Shown here piece after piece: positions 29,874-39,380 of a stretch of 64,000 nt of DNA. Under the pieces are notes generated by a model. The model was given only the letters and a program-made list of their open reading frames with translations. It did no database searches and was not told the DNA's origin. Made by a program: the position numbers and the translations under genes. Position 1 is the stretch's first letter. Each line of letters begins with the position of its first letter. This DNA is from an uncultured Gemmatimonadales bacterium (lineage in GTDB: Bacteria; Gemmatimonadota; Gemmatimonadetes; Gemmatimonadales; GWC2-71-9), in assembly GCA_963795085.1 (NCBI GenBank), contig CAWCFX010000006.1, forward strand, positions 448,001-512,000, written 5' to 3'.

Positions 29874-30572
29874 ATGCGCTCACACCTCCTTTCTCTCCTG
29901 GTTATTCTGCCTTTTTCCTTTGCCTGCAACCGCCCCGCGCCCCCGCGGGAGGAGGCCGCGATGACACCGGATACCACCTGGGTCTCGCTCTTTGACGGAA
30001 CCACCATGGCCGCCTGGCGCGGCTACCAGGCGGACTCGATGCCCGCCGGCTGGCACCTCGCCGACGGGACGCTTCGAAAGGACAACCCGACCGGGGACAT
30101 CGTCACCCGGGCACAGTTTGGTGATTTCGAGCTGGAACTGGAATGGCAGCTGGCGGCAGGCGGAAATGCCGGGATCTTCTACCGCGGCACCGAGGAGTAC
30201 GAGAAGATCTACTGGAGCGCGCCCGAGTACCAGCTGCTGGACGACGCGACCGCGCCTCCCGGCGAGACCCGGCTCACTTCGGCGGGGGCCGCCTACGGAC
30301 TTTACCCCTCGCCGGAAGGGGTCCTCAAGCCGGCGGGCCAGTGGAACGCGGCGCGGATCATGGTGCGCGGCAGCCACGTGGAGCACTGGATGAATGGGCA
30401 GAAGCTGCTGGAGTACGAACTGGGAGGCCCCGACTGGCTGGCCAGGGTGAAAGGCAGCAAGTTCGCCGAGTGGCCCAACTACGGGCTTGCCCGGCAGGGG
30501 TACATCGCCATCCAGGGCGATCACGAGGGGACCCTCTCCCTTCGAAACATCCGGATCCGGAAGCTGAGCTAG
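29874..30572 (+). CDS. DUF1080 (3-ketoglycoside hydrolase/lyase-like) lipoprotein
   Basis: Lipobox FAC; WVSLFDG, FELELEW, PEYQLLD, GYIAIQGDH, LRNIRIR. Confidence 0.92.
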   Translation: MRSHLLSLLVILPFSFACNRPAPPREEAAMTPDTTWVSLFDGTTMAAWRGYQADSMPAGWHLADGTLRKDNPTGDIVTRAQFGDFELELEWQLAAGGNAGIFYRGTEEYEKIYWSAPEYQLLDDATAPPGETRLTSAGAAYGLYPSPEGVLKPAGQWNAARIMVRGSHVEHWMNGQKLLEYELGGPDWLARVKGSKFAEWPNYGLARQGYIAIQGDHEGTLSLRNIRIRKLS

Positions 30573-33190
30573 GTCACCAGGAACGAAAGCAACTCCCCGG
30601 GCCGGGCGGTGAACCGGACCGCCTGGTCCTCGATCGCCAGGCTGCCGCCCTCCAGCGGCGACTCGTCGGCGCGCACCCGCTGCACCGCCGCCGGCACGAA
30701 GCCGAACCGCAGCGTACCCGCGGCGTCCGTCTCCCCGATATTGTAGCACCGCAGCACCATCCCGCGGCCGGCTTCCGCCGGCTTGAGGATGGAGTGCATC
30801 AACCCCGCACCGTCCAGCTCGATACTCCCCGCCGGAGCCATCTCCCCGTTCCAATCCCGGAACCAGGCGGCCCGAAGGGGAAGGCAGGCGTCCTCCCATT
30901 GCTCGTGCAGCATGACCGGGTCTCCCCACCGGCCACCTCCCAGGGCGAAGGCAAAGTGCAGTTGCTCCGGGCCGGGACACTGAGCCAGCGGCGTGGGAGT
31001 CGGCCACCCGGCGTGGCCGGGCCGGTCCGCCAGGTCGCCGCGCGACAACTGGCCCACCGCCCGCAGCACGGTGAACCAGAGGTCGCCGCCGGTCCCCAGT
31101 TCATACTCGAAGAACCCGGGGGCGAACAAGGCGAATCCCGGCTCCCCCGCAATGCCGACAAAGCGGTGCGCCGGTGCCGTGGTCACCGGTGTCTCGCTGA
31201 CATGAGGCCGGTCAATCACCGGCCCGCGCACGGTGCTCCCGAACTGGGCGCCGGCCCGGGCCGGCCGCCCCGGATACCCCACCGGGAACCGGACGCGAAG
31301 CCGGTGATCCTGCGCCTGGTTGGCGAGGTCGAGGGTACAGCGGACCACCCGGTCGTCGCGGCAGAGGCTGAGGGTCATCGTCGCGCGAATGATGCCGCCA
31401 CCCCCGCCCTGCTTCCTCGGCACCCGGATCTCGCCGGCGATCTCCAGCGCGGCCACCAGCGGCCCCGCCGCCAGCACCCGCACCTGGACCGGCCGCCGCA
31501 TCCGCCAGAGGCGCGGCCGGCGGGACCCCGCAAAGGTGTAAGTGTCACCCCCGTCCGGCTCTGCCTCCAGCCGGAGCATACCGCTTCGAGACACGCCGGT
31601 TTCCCGGTCCCGCACCGTCAGGGTCCCGTCGCTCGCGACGGTGATCGCCACGTGCTCGTTGGACAGGCGGCGGCCGTTCGCCTCCGCGCCGCCGAAGGCC
31701 GGCATCGGCTCCCCGGCCACCAGGGTCAGCAGGGCCGTTCCCAGCCCCGCCACCGGCGGCGTCTCGAAGGCTACCCGCACCACGTCCACTTCGTCCTGGT
31801 CCGGGTAGTGTGCGTGGGCGTCGAGTCGCTCCAGCGCCCGCTGGGTGCTGAGCACCTGGACCCGGGATATTTCCCCGCCTTCCGCCTGCAGCGCGAAGGT
31901 CTCACCCTCCGGCGCGGACCGCGGCACCCGGTTGCCCGGCGGACCCACCAGCACGTCCCGCCGGAACCGGGTTATCGCGGCGAAGGTGATTCCTTCCCGC
32001 TGCCGGGGCACCGGGTTCCATAACAGCAGCGACGGGCGGACTCCGGCGGGGTGGTCGCGTGCCCGGTCCGGGTCCGTCACGAAGGCTCCCTGGATGGCCA
32101 GACCGGTCACTTCCCGGGCGATACTCTCGACCTCGGTGAGTCGTACGTCCTGTTCCCGCGATACATCGTCACTGGCGCAGCCGCCCAGCGCGTCGTGGAA
32201 GTGGCACTGCACCAGCCGCCGGCTGGCCCACTCCAGCAATGGCCGGAGATCGCGCCCTCCGGCCCGCATACTGAGCGCCGCCAGCGGCTCGGCGTACCGC
32301 TCCAGCCAGAGCTCAGCCCGGCTGTTCCGCCGTTTCTGATGCGACCGGGTGCCATGCACACCCTGGAGCGCCCAGGTGTAACCATGCTCCCGGAGTTCGC
32401 CCTCGCGCACCGGCATCTCGATCCCCCGCGCCGCATGGAGAAAATCTCCCAGCCGGGAGAGCCGTACCTCGGACTCCGGCTCCAGCGCGGCGAGTGCGTC
32501 GCGCAGACGGACCAGGTCGGTCCTCGCGGCATGATGATCGGCGCCAATAAACACCGCCACGTGGGATGAGGCCGCGCGCCGGACCAGCGCGCGGCGAACC
32601 GGCTCCCAGGCCTCCCGCGCCCGGGCGGAGTCGCTGGCCAGCGCGGACCCGACCTCGTACCCGTCCGGCGGCAGGTGATAGGCGAGAACTTCGGCGCCCC
32701 CGGTCCCCCGCCAGCGGAACAGGTCGCGCTCACTCTGCACCCCTCGCCAGAGCACCGCCGAGCCAATGCCGAACTCGGCGGCAAGGGCGGGCAGGACCGC
32801 GGGATGGCCGAATGCGTCGGGGGAATAGAGAACCGGGAGGCCCCGGCTGAAGCCCGCGGTGTCCTTCCGGCCGAGCAGAAGGTTCCGCACCAGCGACTCG
32901 CCCGAGGGAATCTGTTCGTCGGCCAGCACGTACCAGGGGCCGGTCTCGATCCGGCCCTGCGATACCAGCCGCCCGACCCGCGGGCGTTGCGCGGGGCGGA
33001 CGGCGAGGTAGTCCTCCAGCAGGACAGTCTGCCCGTCGAGGAGAAAACCCGGGATCGCGGGTTCCCGCTCCAGCTGGTCAATGAGATCGTCGAGTACCGG
33101 TACCAGCCGGGCTCCGAAGCGGCCGCGGGGCAGGTACCACTCGCGATCCCAGTGGGTATGGGGAATCAGGTGAAAGGTGTAGCGAGGCAT
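30569..33190 (-). CDS. GH38 alpha-mannosidase-like glycoside hydrolase
   Basis: HTHWDREWY, LDGQ, GPWYVLADE, PDAFGH, HFHDALGGC. Confidence 0.92.
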   Translation of the reverse strand: MPRYTFHLIPHTHWDREWYLPRGRFGARLVPVLDDLIDQLEREPAIPGFLLDGQTVLLEDYLAVRPAQRPRVGRLVSQGRIETGPWYVLADEQIPSGESLVRNLLLGRKDTAGFSRGLPVLYSPDAFGHPAVLPALAAEFGIGSAVLWRGVQSERDLFRWRGTGGAEVLAYHLPPDGYEVGSALASDSARAREAWEPVRRALVRRAASSHVAVFIGADHHAARTDLVRLRDALAALEPESEVRLSRLGDFLHAARGIEMPVREGELREHGYTWALQGVHGTRSHQKRRNSRAELWLERYAEPLAALSMRAGGRDLRPLLEWASRRLVQCHFHDALGGCASDDVSREQDVRLTEVESIAREVTGLAIQGAFVTDPDRARDHPAGVRPSLLLWNPVPRQREGITFAAITRFRRDVLVGPPGNRVPRSAPEGETFALQAEGGEISRVQVLSTQRALERLDAHAHYPDQDEVDVVRVAFETPPVAGLGTALLTLVAGEPMPAFGGAEANGRRLSNEHVAITVASDGTLTVRDRETGVSRSGMLRLEAEPDGGDTYTFAGSRRPRLWRMRRPVQVRVLAAGPLVAALEIAGEIRVPRKQGGGGGIIRATMTLSLCRDDRVVRCTLDLANQAQDHRLRVRFPVGYPGRPARAGAQFGSTVRGPVIDRPHVSETPVTTAPAHRFVGIAGEPGFALFAPGFFEYELGTGGDLWFTVLRAVGQLSRGDLADRPGHAGWPTPTPLAQCPGPEQLHFAFALGGGRWGDPVMLHEQWEDACLPLRAAWFRDWNGEMAPAGSIELDGAGLMHSILKPAEAGRGMVLRCYNIGETDAAGTLRFGFVPAAVQRVRADESPLEGGSLAIEDQAVRFTARPGELLSFLVT

Positions 33191-33256
33191 GGCAGGAAAG
33201 TAACGACCAGCGGAAGGAGTGTGCGGTGAGCGGCCATCGGCTCACCGCACCCTGGT

Positions 33257-34795
33257 TTACTTCTTCACCGTGTAGCGCCAGCCGATGATGCCCTGGCCGC
33301 TCCCGGCCGCGCTCACCGGGCTGGGCAGTCCCGCCATCAGCACGGGAACCGTGACTTCGGCGGTGCTGACCGGTGTGCCGCCGGCATTGAGGAACTCGAA
33401 CACCAGCACCACGGGCGCCGGGGCAATGGCGGCGCCGTTCCGGGTCGCCTTTCGCCCTGTCGCGGTGCCGCTGATGGTGGCGCCGGTCCCGGTAGGTTGC
33501 AGCTTCACGTCTTCAAAGGAGACGAGCATCGCGTCCAGCTCGTCGGAAAGGGTTTCCAGCTTGGCGCGGTCGTTGAGCCAGAGGTAGCCCTGGATCTGGA
33601 GCCGGCGGGCGCTCTCGCTCAGCGGTTCCAGCGCCACGATCCGGCCGGCCGCGTCGGCGAGCTTCTCCCCGTTCTTGAGGGTGTAATAGGTGGAGGCAAG
33701 GTTCCGGAGCGCGAGCCGGTTGCCGGGCTGGTCCTCCAGCGCCAGCGCGAAATCTTCCGCCGCCCTGGCATGCTCGTTGGCCTGGTAGCGGGCGGCGCCG
33801 CGGTTGATGAGATAGGCGGCGGAGAGCGTGTCCGGCCGGGAGCCCCCCATGCCGGCGGCAGCGCCGGATTCCCGCATGACGGCGTCCGCGCTGTCCACCA
33901 TGCCGGTTTCACGGAAGGCGCTGGCCAGGTATTGCCGGGCCGCCATCAAGTCGGGCCGCCACACCAGGTAGCGGCGGAAAACCGGGATAGCCTCCTGGTA
34001 CCGCTTGCCGTTGTACAGCACCATGCCCAGGTTCATCGCCGCCGTGTTTCGGACGTCGGTATCGCCGGCGGCCTCTGCGGAACGGAGGATCACCGTGTAA
34101 TACGCGACGGCGCTGTCGGTCTGGTCGGTCTGGGCGAAGATGGCGGCAACCCGGGCCCGCGCCATGGTGGCGGCGCGGTCCCCGGCCGGCCCGGCCGAGG
34201 CGGCCTTCCGGTAATAGACGATGGCGCTGTCGGTCTTGCCCTGGGCTTCGAACAGGGAGGCTACCGCGGTGAGGGTGCCGGTCCCGGTGGGATAGATCCG
34301 GGTGGCCAGCCGGTAGATGACCAGCGCGGAATCGTTCTTTTCGGCCTGGAGGAGAAGTCCCGCCGGCTCCTGCAGTGCGGCCGCGGTGGCACGGCGGAAG
34401 GCGAGGATTTCGTCCCCGCAGGCCGGCGCCAGTTTCTCGGCCCGCATGAAGGCCGTATCGGCTCCGATCACGTTGCCATCATACAGGTAGGCGCGCCCCA
34501 GGTAATACCAGGCCGCCGGGTTCTCCGCCTGCCCGTTCTGCGCGATGGCTTCCACCAGGACCCGCTGCGCGTCCACGATCAGCCGCGCGCGGTTGGCCTC
34601 ATTGGTGATGGCGGTGGAGAGGTAGGTGGCGCCGCTGCCGACCTTGAAGTGGCCGGTCTTGATCCCGCAGGCCGCCGGCTCGTAGCGGCCCGGCTGGGCC
34701 GCCATGACCACAGTACGGACGTCGGAGGCCTGGGCGAACAACGGAGCCGGGGTGGCCAGCAGCATGACGAGGGACGAGCGCAGGAGCGCGGGCAT
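33257..34795 (-). CDS. Secreted TPR protein
   Basis: Signal peptide; AWYYLGRAY, NLGMVLYNGKRYQEAI repeats. Confidence 0.8.
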   Translation of the reverse strand: MPALLRSSLVMLLATPAPLFAQASDVRTVVMAAQPGRYEPAACGIKTGHFKVGSGATYLSTAITNEANRARLIVDAQRVLVEAIAQNGQAENPAAWYYLGRAYLYDGNVIGADTAFMRAEKLAPACGDEILAFRRATAAALQEPAGLLLQAEKNDSALVIYRLATRIYPTGTGTLTAVASLFEAQGKTDSAIVYYRKAASAGPAGDRAATMARARVAAIFAQTDQTDSAVAYYTVILRSAEAAGDTDVRNTAAMNLGMVLYNGKRYQEAIPVFRRYLVWRPDLMAARQYLASAFRETGMVDSADAVMRESGAAAGMGGSRPDTLSAAYLINRGAARYQANEHARAAEDFALALEDQPGNRLALRNLASTYYTLKNGEKLADAAGRIVALEPLSESARRLQIQGYLWLNDRAKLETLSDELDAMLVSFEDVKLQPTGTGATISGTATGRKATRNGAAIAPAPVVLVFEFLNAGGTPVSTAEVTVPVLMAGLPSPVSAAGSGQGIIGWRYTVKK

Positions 34796-34869
34796 GGATT
34801 CCTCCTGGAGCGTGATTCCCCCATCATAGGGGCGGCTGGGAGGATGCGCTAGGGGAGGGAAATAATGAA

Positions 34870-34954
34870 GGAATTGAGGGAATTGAGGGAATGGTGGAAT
34901 TGAAATTCAATTCCGTCAATTCCCTCAATTCCCTCAATTCCCTCAATTCCCTCA
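34870..34954. repeat. Inverted array of GGAATTGAG nonamers
   Basis: GGAATTGAG copies, palindromic centre GGAATTGAA-A-TTCAATTCC, then (C/G)TCAATTCC x4. Confidence 0.9.
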
Positions 34955-34962
34955 GTATCTCC

Positions 34963-35046
34963 CTACGGTCTGCGCCGGCTCCAGCCCCAGCCGCCGCCAA
35001 GCAGCAGCACCAGGACGATGATGACGAGCAGGGTAGTCGTGGTCAT
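34963..35046 (-). CDS. 27-aa single-TM microprotein (not in ORF track)
   Basis: MTTTTLLVIIVLVLLLGGGWGWSRRRP*; GC-rich third positions; 15 nt downstream of the beta-barrel gene. Confidence 0.7.
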   Translation of the reverse strand: MTTTTLLVIIVLVLLLGGGWGWSRRRP

Positions 35047-35061
35047 GGTAGCCGAGCCCTT

Positions 35062-35526
35062 CTAGAAGATGGTGATGTTCAGGCCGCCGGCGATCTGGAA
35101 GGACGATCCGTCCCCCAGGGTCAGCCGGCCCTCGATGTACGGATGGACCTTCTGGCCGATCAGAGTTTCCCAGCCCGCAAAGGCATTGGCGCCCACGTCG
35201 GTGTCGTCGAAACCCCCGATGCTGGCCCGGGCGATGGCGAGCCCGCCGCCGACATAGAACCAGTTGTGCTCCTCCCGAAGCTTGTACTTGAGGTCGGCGT
35301 TCAACTGCCACAGCGAGCCGGGGTCCACGAAGTAGTAGTCAAAGGAAGGATAGAACTCCAACTTGCGGGCGACCGGGTAGGAGAACTGGGCTCCGATCCC
35401 GAACTCCTCGACGTCGAAGTTGTACAGCACATGTCCACCGATGTGGGGCCGCTGGGCGTGAGCGGCGCCTGCCAGAAGCGTGGCAAGTCCTAATCCGAGC
35501 CCGATCTGGCGAAAGCGTCGTAACAT
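35062..35526 (-). CDS. Small outer-membrane beta-barrel protein
   Basis: Signal AAHAQ; amphipathic strands (FYVGGGL, PYIEGR); C-terminal Phe. Confidence 0.8.
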   Translation of the reverse strand: MLRRFRQIGLGLGLATLLAGAAHAQRPHIGGHVLYNFDVEEFGIGAQFSYPVARKLEFYPSFDYYFVDPGSLWQLNADLKYKLREEHNWFYVGGGLAIARASIGGFDDTDVGANAFAGWETLIGQKVHPYIEGRLTLGDGSSFQIAGGLNITIF

Positions 35527-35612
35527 GGTCAGCTCCTGATGAGTTGCGTTACCTGCATGGTGATGGGAAGATGCGGAGGGGGAGGACCAGGGTATGTGAC
35601 AGGGCACACAAA

Positions 35613-35858
35613 GGGATTGAGGGATGGGGGAATGGGGGAATTGAGGGAATTGAGGGAATTGAGGGAATTGAGGGAATTGAGGGAATTGAGGGAATTGAGG
35701 GAATTGAGGGAATGTTGGAATGTTGGAATGTTGGAATGTTGGAATGTTCTAATTGGGGAATTGGGGGAATGTTGGATTTTGTCCAATTCCCACATTCCCT
35801 CAATTTCCCCATTCCCTCAATTCCCCCATTCCCTCAATTCCCCCATTCCCTCAATTCC
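35613..35858. repeat. GGAATTGAG x8 plus GGAATGTT x5, followed by inverted CTCAATTCC/CCCATTCC copies
   Basis: Nonamers 35637-35708, octamers 35709-35748, inverted arm about 35784-35858. Confidence 0.92.
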
Positions 35859-37201
35859 TACAGCATCCCCCTCCGCTTCAGGTGCGCATACTGCTGCACC
35901 ACGGCTTCCGCGGCCCGCTGGGGAGGCACGTCCAGGATCAGCACCCCCTGTCGGCGCATCTGGGCCAGCGCCTCCTCCCGGGCCTCGAGCAAGGACTCGG
36001 CGGCGGCGCGCTCAAAGGCGTGCTGGATCGTGGCGGGACGGAGGGTGGAGATCGCCTCGAGGGCGGGATCCCGGAGGGTGACGGCCAGCGGCAGGTGCCG
36101 CGGCCGGAGGGAGCCAACCTGGGCGACCAGCGCCTCGCTCGCTGTCTTGTCGATCACGTCGGTGAATACCACGGTCAGGGCGCGTTTCCGGTTCCGGGCG
36201 GCCAGGTGCGCAAAGGCGGCCGGATAGTCCGGCTCCACCACCCGCCCGGTGGCGCCGGCGAGCCCGTCCAGCACCGCGCGCAGTGCCCGGCGGCCCCGCG
36301 CCGGCGCGACGTAGGTCTGCACCACGTCGGCGAACACCATGAGGCCGATGTTGTCGTCATGGGCCACGGCGCTGTGGGCCAGCTGGAGGGCCGCATTAAT
36401 AGCCGATTCCAGCCGGGAGACGCCGTCGCTCTCCGCGGTCATCATCCGGCCGGCGTCAATCACCAGCAGCACCTGCTGGCGCCGCTCGTCTTCGTACTGC
36501 CGGGCCATGACCTTGCCCCGCCTCGCGGTCGCCTTCCAGTCGATGATCCGGGTATCATCGCCGGGCACCCATTCGCGCAGGGTCTCGAACACCCGGCCCT
36601 CCCCCAGCCGCCGGACATTGCGGAACCCGGCCTCCCGGCTCCGCGTCGCCTGGGTGGGCAACGCCCGCATGGAGGCGCCGACCAGGCTGGGATAGACGGT
36701 CGCATCCCACGGCAACGCCTGGCTTGTCTGCCGCCACACCAGCCCCAGGGGGCCACGGACCCGGGAGTGAATCGTGCCCCCGGTCCCCTTGCCGCGATGC
36801 GCCGGCAGGATGGTCAACTGCTCCCGCAGCACCGAGCCGGCCGGAATGATCAGCTTCCGTTTCGGCGCGCCGGAGCCGCCCAGCGGCTCGGGCAACTCCT
36901 CGTTCACCAGTAACGTCGCCGGGCGCCGGCTCCGGTTCTGCCAGGTATAGGACACCGGTAACGCCCGCCCCGCCGAGAAGGCCGGCGGCGCCTCCCGACT
37001 CACCGTGATCTGGCCCGGACCCGGCGCCAGCCCGGCATCCAGCAGCAGCGCGAGAATCCAGGCCGCATCGAGGAGCAGCAGCCAGGCCAGTGCTCCGGGG
37101 ACCAGCAGCCCCGCCAAAGCGACCAGCGAGAGTCCCGCGGCGATGAACAGCCAGCGCCGGGTCGGAATGGGGAGCAGGGCGGTGAAACGCGCGACTGTCA
37201 T
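35858..37201 (-). CDS. DUF58 protein (vWA-like)
   Basis: FETLREWVPGDDTRIIDWKATAR, IDAGRMM, FTD. Confidence 0.93.
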   Translation of the reverse strand: MTVARFTALLPIPTRRWLFIAAGLSLVALAGLLVPGALAWLLLLDAAWILALLLDAGLAPGPGQITVSREAPPAFSAGRALPVSYTWQNRSRRPATLLVNEELPEPLGGSGAPKRKLIIPAGSVLREQLTILPAHRGKGTGGTIHSRVRGPLGLVWRQTSQALPWDATVYPSLVGASMRALPTQATRSREAGFRNVRRLGEGRVFETLREWVPGDDTRIIDWKATARRGKVMARQYEDERRQQVLLVIDAGRMMTAESDGVSRLESAINAALQLAHSAVAHDDNIGLMVFADVVQTYVAPARGRRALRAVLDGLAGATGRVVEPDYPAAFAHLAARNRKRALTVVFTDVIDKTASEALVAQVGSLRPRHLPLAVTLRDPALEAISTLRPATIQHAFERAAAESLLEAREEALAQMRRQGVLILDVPPQRAAEAVVQQYAHLKRRGML

Positions 37202-38133
37202 GCGGGGCGCGGGATCTCGACTTTCTCGATGATCGTTCCAAGCGCCTGGTCCGGGGTCACCCCTTCCAGTTCAAGCTCCGGCGCCAACGCGATGCGATGC
37301 CGCAGCACCGCGTTGGCCATCAGCTTCACGTCATCGGGGACCACGTAGGCCCGGCCATCCGCCAGCGCGGTTGCCTGGGCCGCCTTGAGCAGCGCCACCG
37401 ACGCGCGAGGCGAGGCCCCCAGGGTGAGGGCCGGAGCGCTCCGGGTGGCGCGCACCAGTCCCGTGATGTACGAGAGAATCGATGGCTCCGCCCGCACCGC
37501 GCGCCCCGCCCGGCGCAGCAGGCCCAGGTCCGCGGCGCCCAGCATGACATCCACGCCGTAGCTTCCCGTGTCGTCGGCTTCGAATCCGCCCAAAACCCGG
37601 CCCAGGATCGCCTGTTCGGTGCCGGCATCCGGATAGTCGAGGACGATCTTGACCAGGAACCGGTCCAGTTCCGCCTCGGGCAGCGGGTAGGTGCCCTCGA
37701 ACTCGATGGGGTTCTGGGTGGCGAAGACGGTGAACGACGACGAGAGCGGATGGGAGGTGCCGTCCACGGTGACACTTCGCTCCTGCATCGCCTCCAGCAG
37801 GGCGGCCTGGGTCTTGGCCGGCGCGCGGTTGATCTCGTCCGCCAGGACCAGGTCGCCGAAGAGCGGCCCCGGCCGGAACGTGAACTGCCCCTGCCCGCTC
37901 AGCAGGTTGATGCCGGTGATGTCGCTCGGCATCAGGTCGGGGGTAAACTGGATCCGGCGGAACTCGAGGCCGAGGATCAGGCTGAGGGTCCGGACCAGCA
38001 GGGTCTTGGCCGTCCCCGGGACACCCTCGAGCAGCACATGGCCCCGGGCGATGAGTGCCACCATCACCTCCCGGAGAACCGCGTCCTGCCCGAGCACCAC
38101 CTGGCCCAGCCGGGCGACCACGGCCCGCGCCAT
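37198..38133 (-). CDS. MoxR-family AAA+ ATPase
   Basis: GHVLLEGVPGTAKT, RIQFTPDLMPSD, DEINRAPAKTQAALLEAMQE, TYPLPEAELDRF. Confidence 0.95.
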   Translation of the reverse strand: MARAVVARLGQVVLGQDAVLREVMVALIARGHVLLEGVPGTAKTLLVRTLSLILGLEFRRIQFTPDLMPSDITGINLLSGQGQFTFRPGPLFGDLVLADEINRAPAKTQAALLEAMQERSVTVDGTSHPLSSSFTVFATQNPIEFEGTYPLPEAELDRFLVKIVLDYPDAGTEQAILGRVLGGFEADDTGSYGVDVMLGAADLGLLRRAGRAVRAEPSILSYITGLVRATRSAPALTLGASPRASVALLKAAQATALADGRAYVVPDDVKLMANAVLRHRIALAPELELEGVTPDQALGTIIEKVEIPRPA

Positions 38134-38147
38134 GTCGGCGGCGCGGG

Positions 38148-39380
38148 TTATCTCGTCTGCGTTGACGGCTTCAGGTCCTGCCACACGACCTCCACGGATT
38201 CGGCGGCGCGCAGCACGCTGTCTGAGCCGGGCGCGCCCCTGGTAAGACTGATAAGGGTGTTCACTGCTTCGCGCGACTGCTTGGACCGGGCGTTGCGTTC
38301 CAGGGCGCGGAGCCACGGCTCGACACCAGCCCCCGCGGGCGGGCGGCCCGCCGAGAGCCGGCGCCGGAGCCCACGGATCATCAGGTCGATGGCCACCCGG
38401 GAGCCTTTCGCGGCCGCGAGGGCGGTCGCCAGGGCGCGCACGTGTTCGAGCGGGGAGCGGCGCCGCCGTTCGATGACCCGCCGGGCGGGGCCAAACCGGA
38501 CCGCACCGGCCAGCAGCGCGACCAGCCCCGCGGCCGCCAGTTGCCAGAACATCCAGCCCCAGGGCGAAGTCCGGCTCCAGGCCAGCACCGCAGCGAGCAA
38601 CGATCCCTCGCCGCCGAACCCGTGTTCGTACTCGTCGAAGAGCGCGAGATCGTACCAGCCGGTGATCATCGGGACCGTCGTCAGCCCGGCATCGCTGGCC
38701 CGCATCCGGCCGTTGCTGAACAGGCCGCCATCGGCCACCAGGGTGACACGCCCGCTCTCCTCGTACTCCAGGGCCAGCGCCACCGGCCGGCCGCCGCTGG
38801 TCACCAGCAGCGTATCTACCCGGCTGGCGGCCTGCACCGCGCACTCGTGGGCCAGCCCGGCGGTGAGGTCGAGTGAATCCACCACGAGGCTGTCGGTGAT
38901 GGCGGCCAGCACCAGGTTCCCCGTCCAGGATACCGCCTCGCCGGTTGCCACCTCCTCTGGCCGGAACACCGCGGTGGAGTCGTCGCCGCGGTGGTCCACA
39001 TCGTAGCCGAAGCAGCGCATCGCAGCGGCGGTGGTCCAACCCGCCAGGAGCAGGTCGCCCTGGCCCTCGAAGTACTCGAGCAGATGCTCGGCCTGGGCCC
39101 CGTCCAGCGGCCGGGCCGGATCGAGCAGCACCAGCACTTCCAGGCTGTCCGGTGGGAGATCGACCAGCTTCGCGGTACGGCTCCGGTAGCGTTCGACCCG
39201 CACCCCCTGGGCCTCCAGTACCTCGGCATAGGCCCGGGCGCCGTAGGGGCCGGTGAGCAGGGTCGAACGCCGCGGGTCTTCCGACGGCTTCCGGTTGTGA
39301 CGCGACCCGACGGCCCCGGCCAGGAAGCCGAGGGCCAGCAGCAGCGCGGTGGCCAGCAGGAGCCTAGCCGAGGGCCGCAT
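38148..39380 (-). CDS. DUF4350-domain membrane protein
   Basis: N-terminal TM, STL..GPYGARAY, LFSN, FDEYEHG, C-terminal TM plus RFG. Confidence 0.75.
   Translation of the reverse strand: MRPSARLLLATALLLALGFLAGAVGSRHNRKPSEDPRRSTLLTGPYGARAYAEVLEAQGVRVERYRSRTAKLVDLPPDSLEVLVLLDPARPLDGAQAEHLLEYFEGQGDLLLAGWTTAAAMRCFGYDVDHRGDDSTAVFRPEEVATGEAVSWTGNLVLAAITDSLVVDSLDLTAGLAHECAVQAASRVDTLLVTSGGRPVALALEYEESGRVTLVADGGLFSNGRMRASDAGLTTVPMITGWYDLALFDEYEHGFGGEGSLLAAVLAWSRTSPWGWMFWQLAAAGLVALLAGAVRFGPARRVIERRRRSPLEHVRALATALAAAKGSRVAIDLMIRGLRRRLSAGRPPAGAGVEPWLRALERNARSKQSREAVNTLISLTRGAPGSDSVLRAAESVEVVWQDLKPSTQTR

Noticed and set aside
30143..32023. Long antisense or alternative-frame ORFs (also 37297-39006, 46032-47897, 33497-34852 and others)
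   Set aside because: Shadow ORFs typical of high-GC coding DNA; Arg/Pro/Gly-rich, motif-free and overlapping well-supported genes
35529..36227. ELRELR/IEGIEG/LNSLNS repeat proteins
   Set aside because: Translations of the nonamer DNA array in several frames; no evidence for one coding frame
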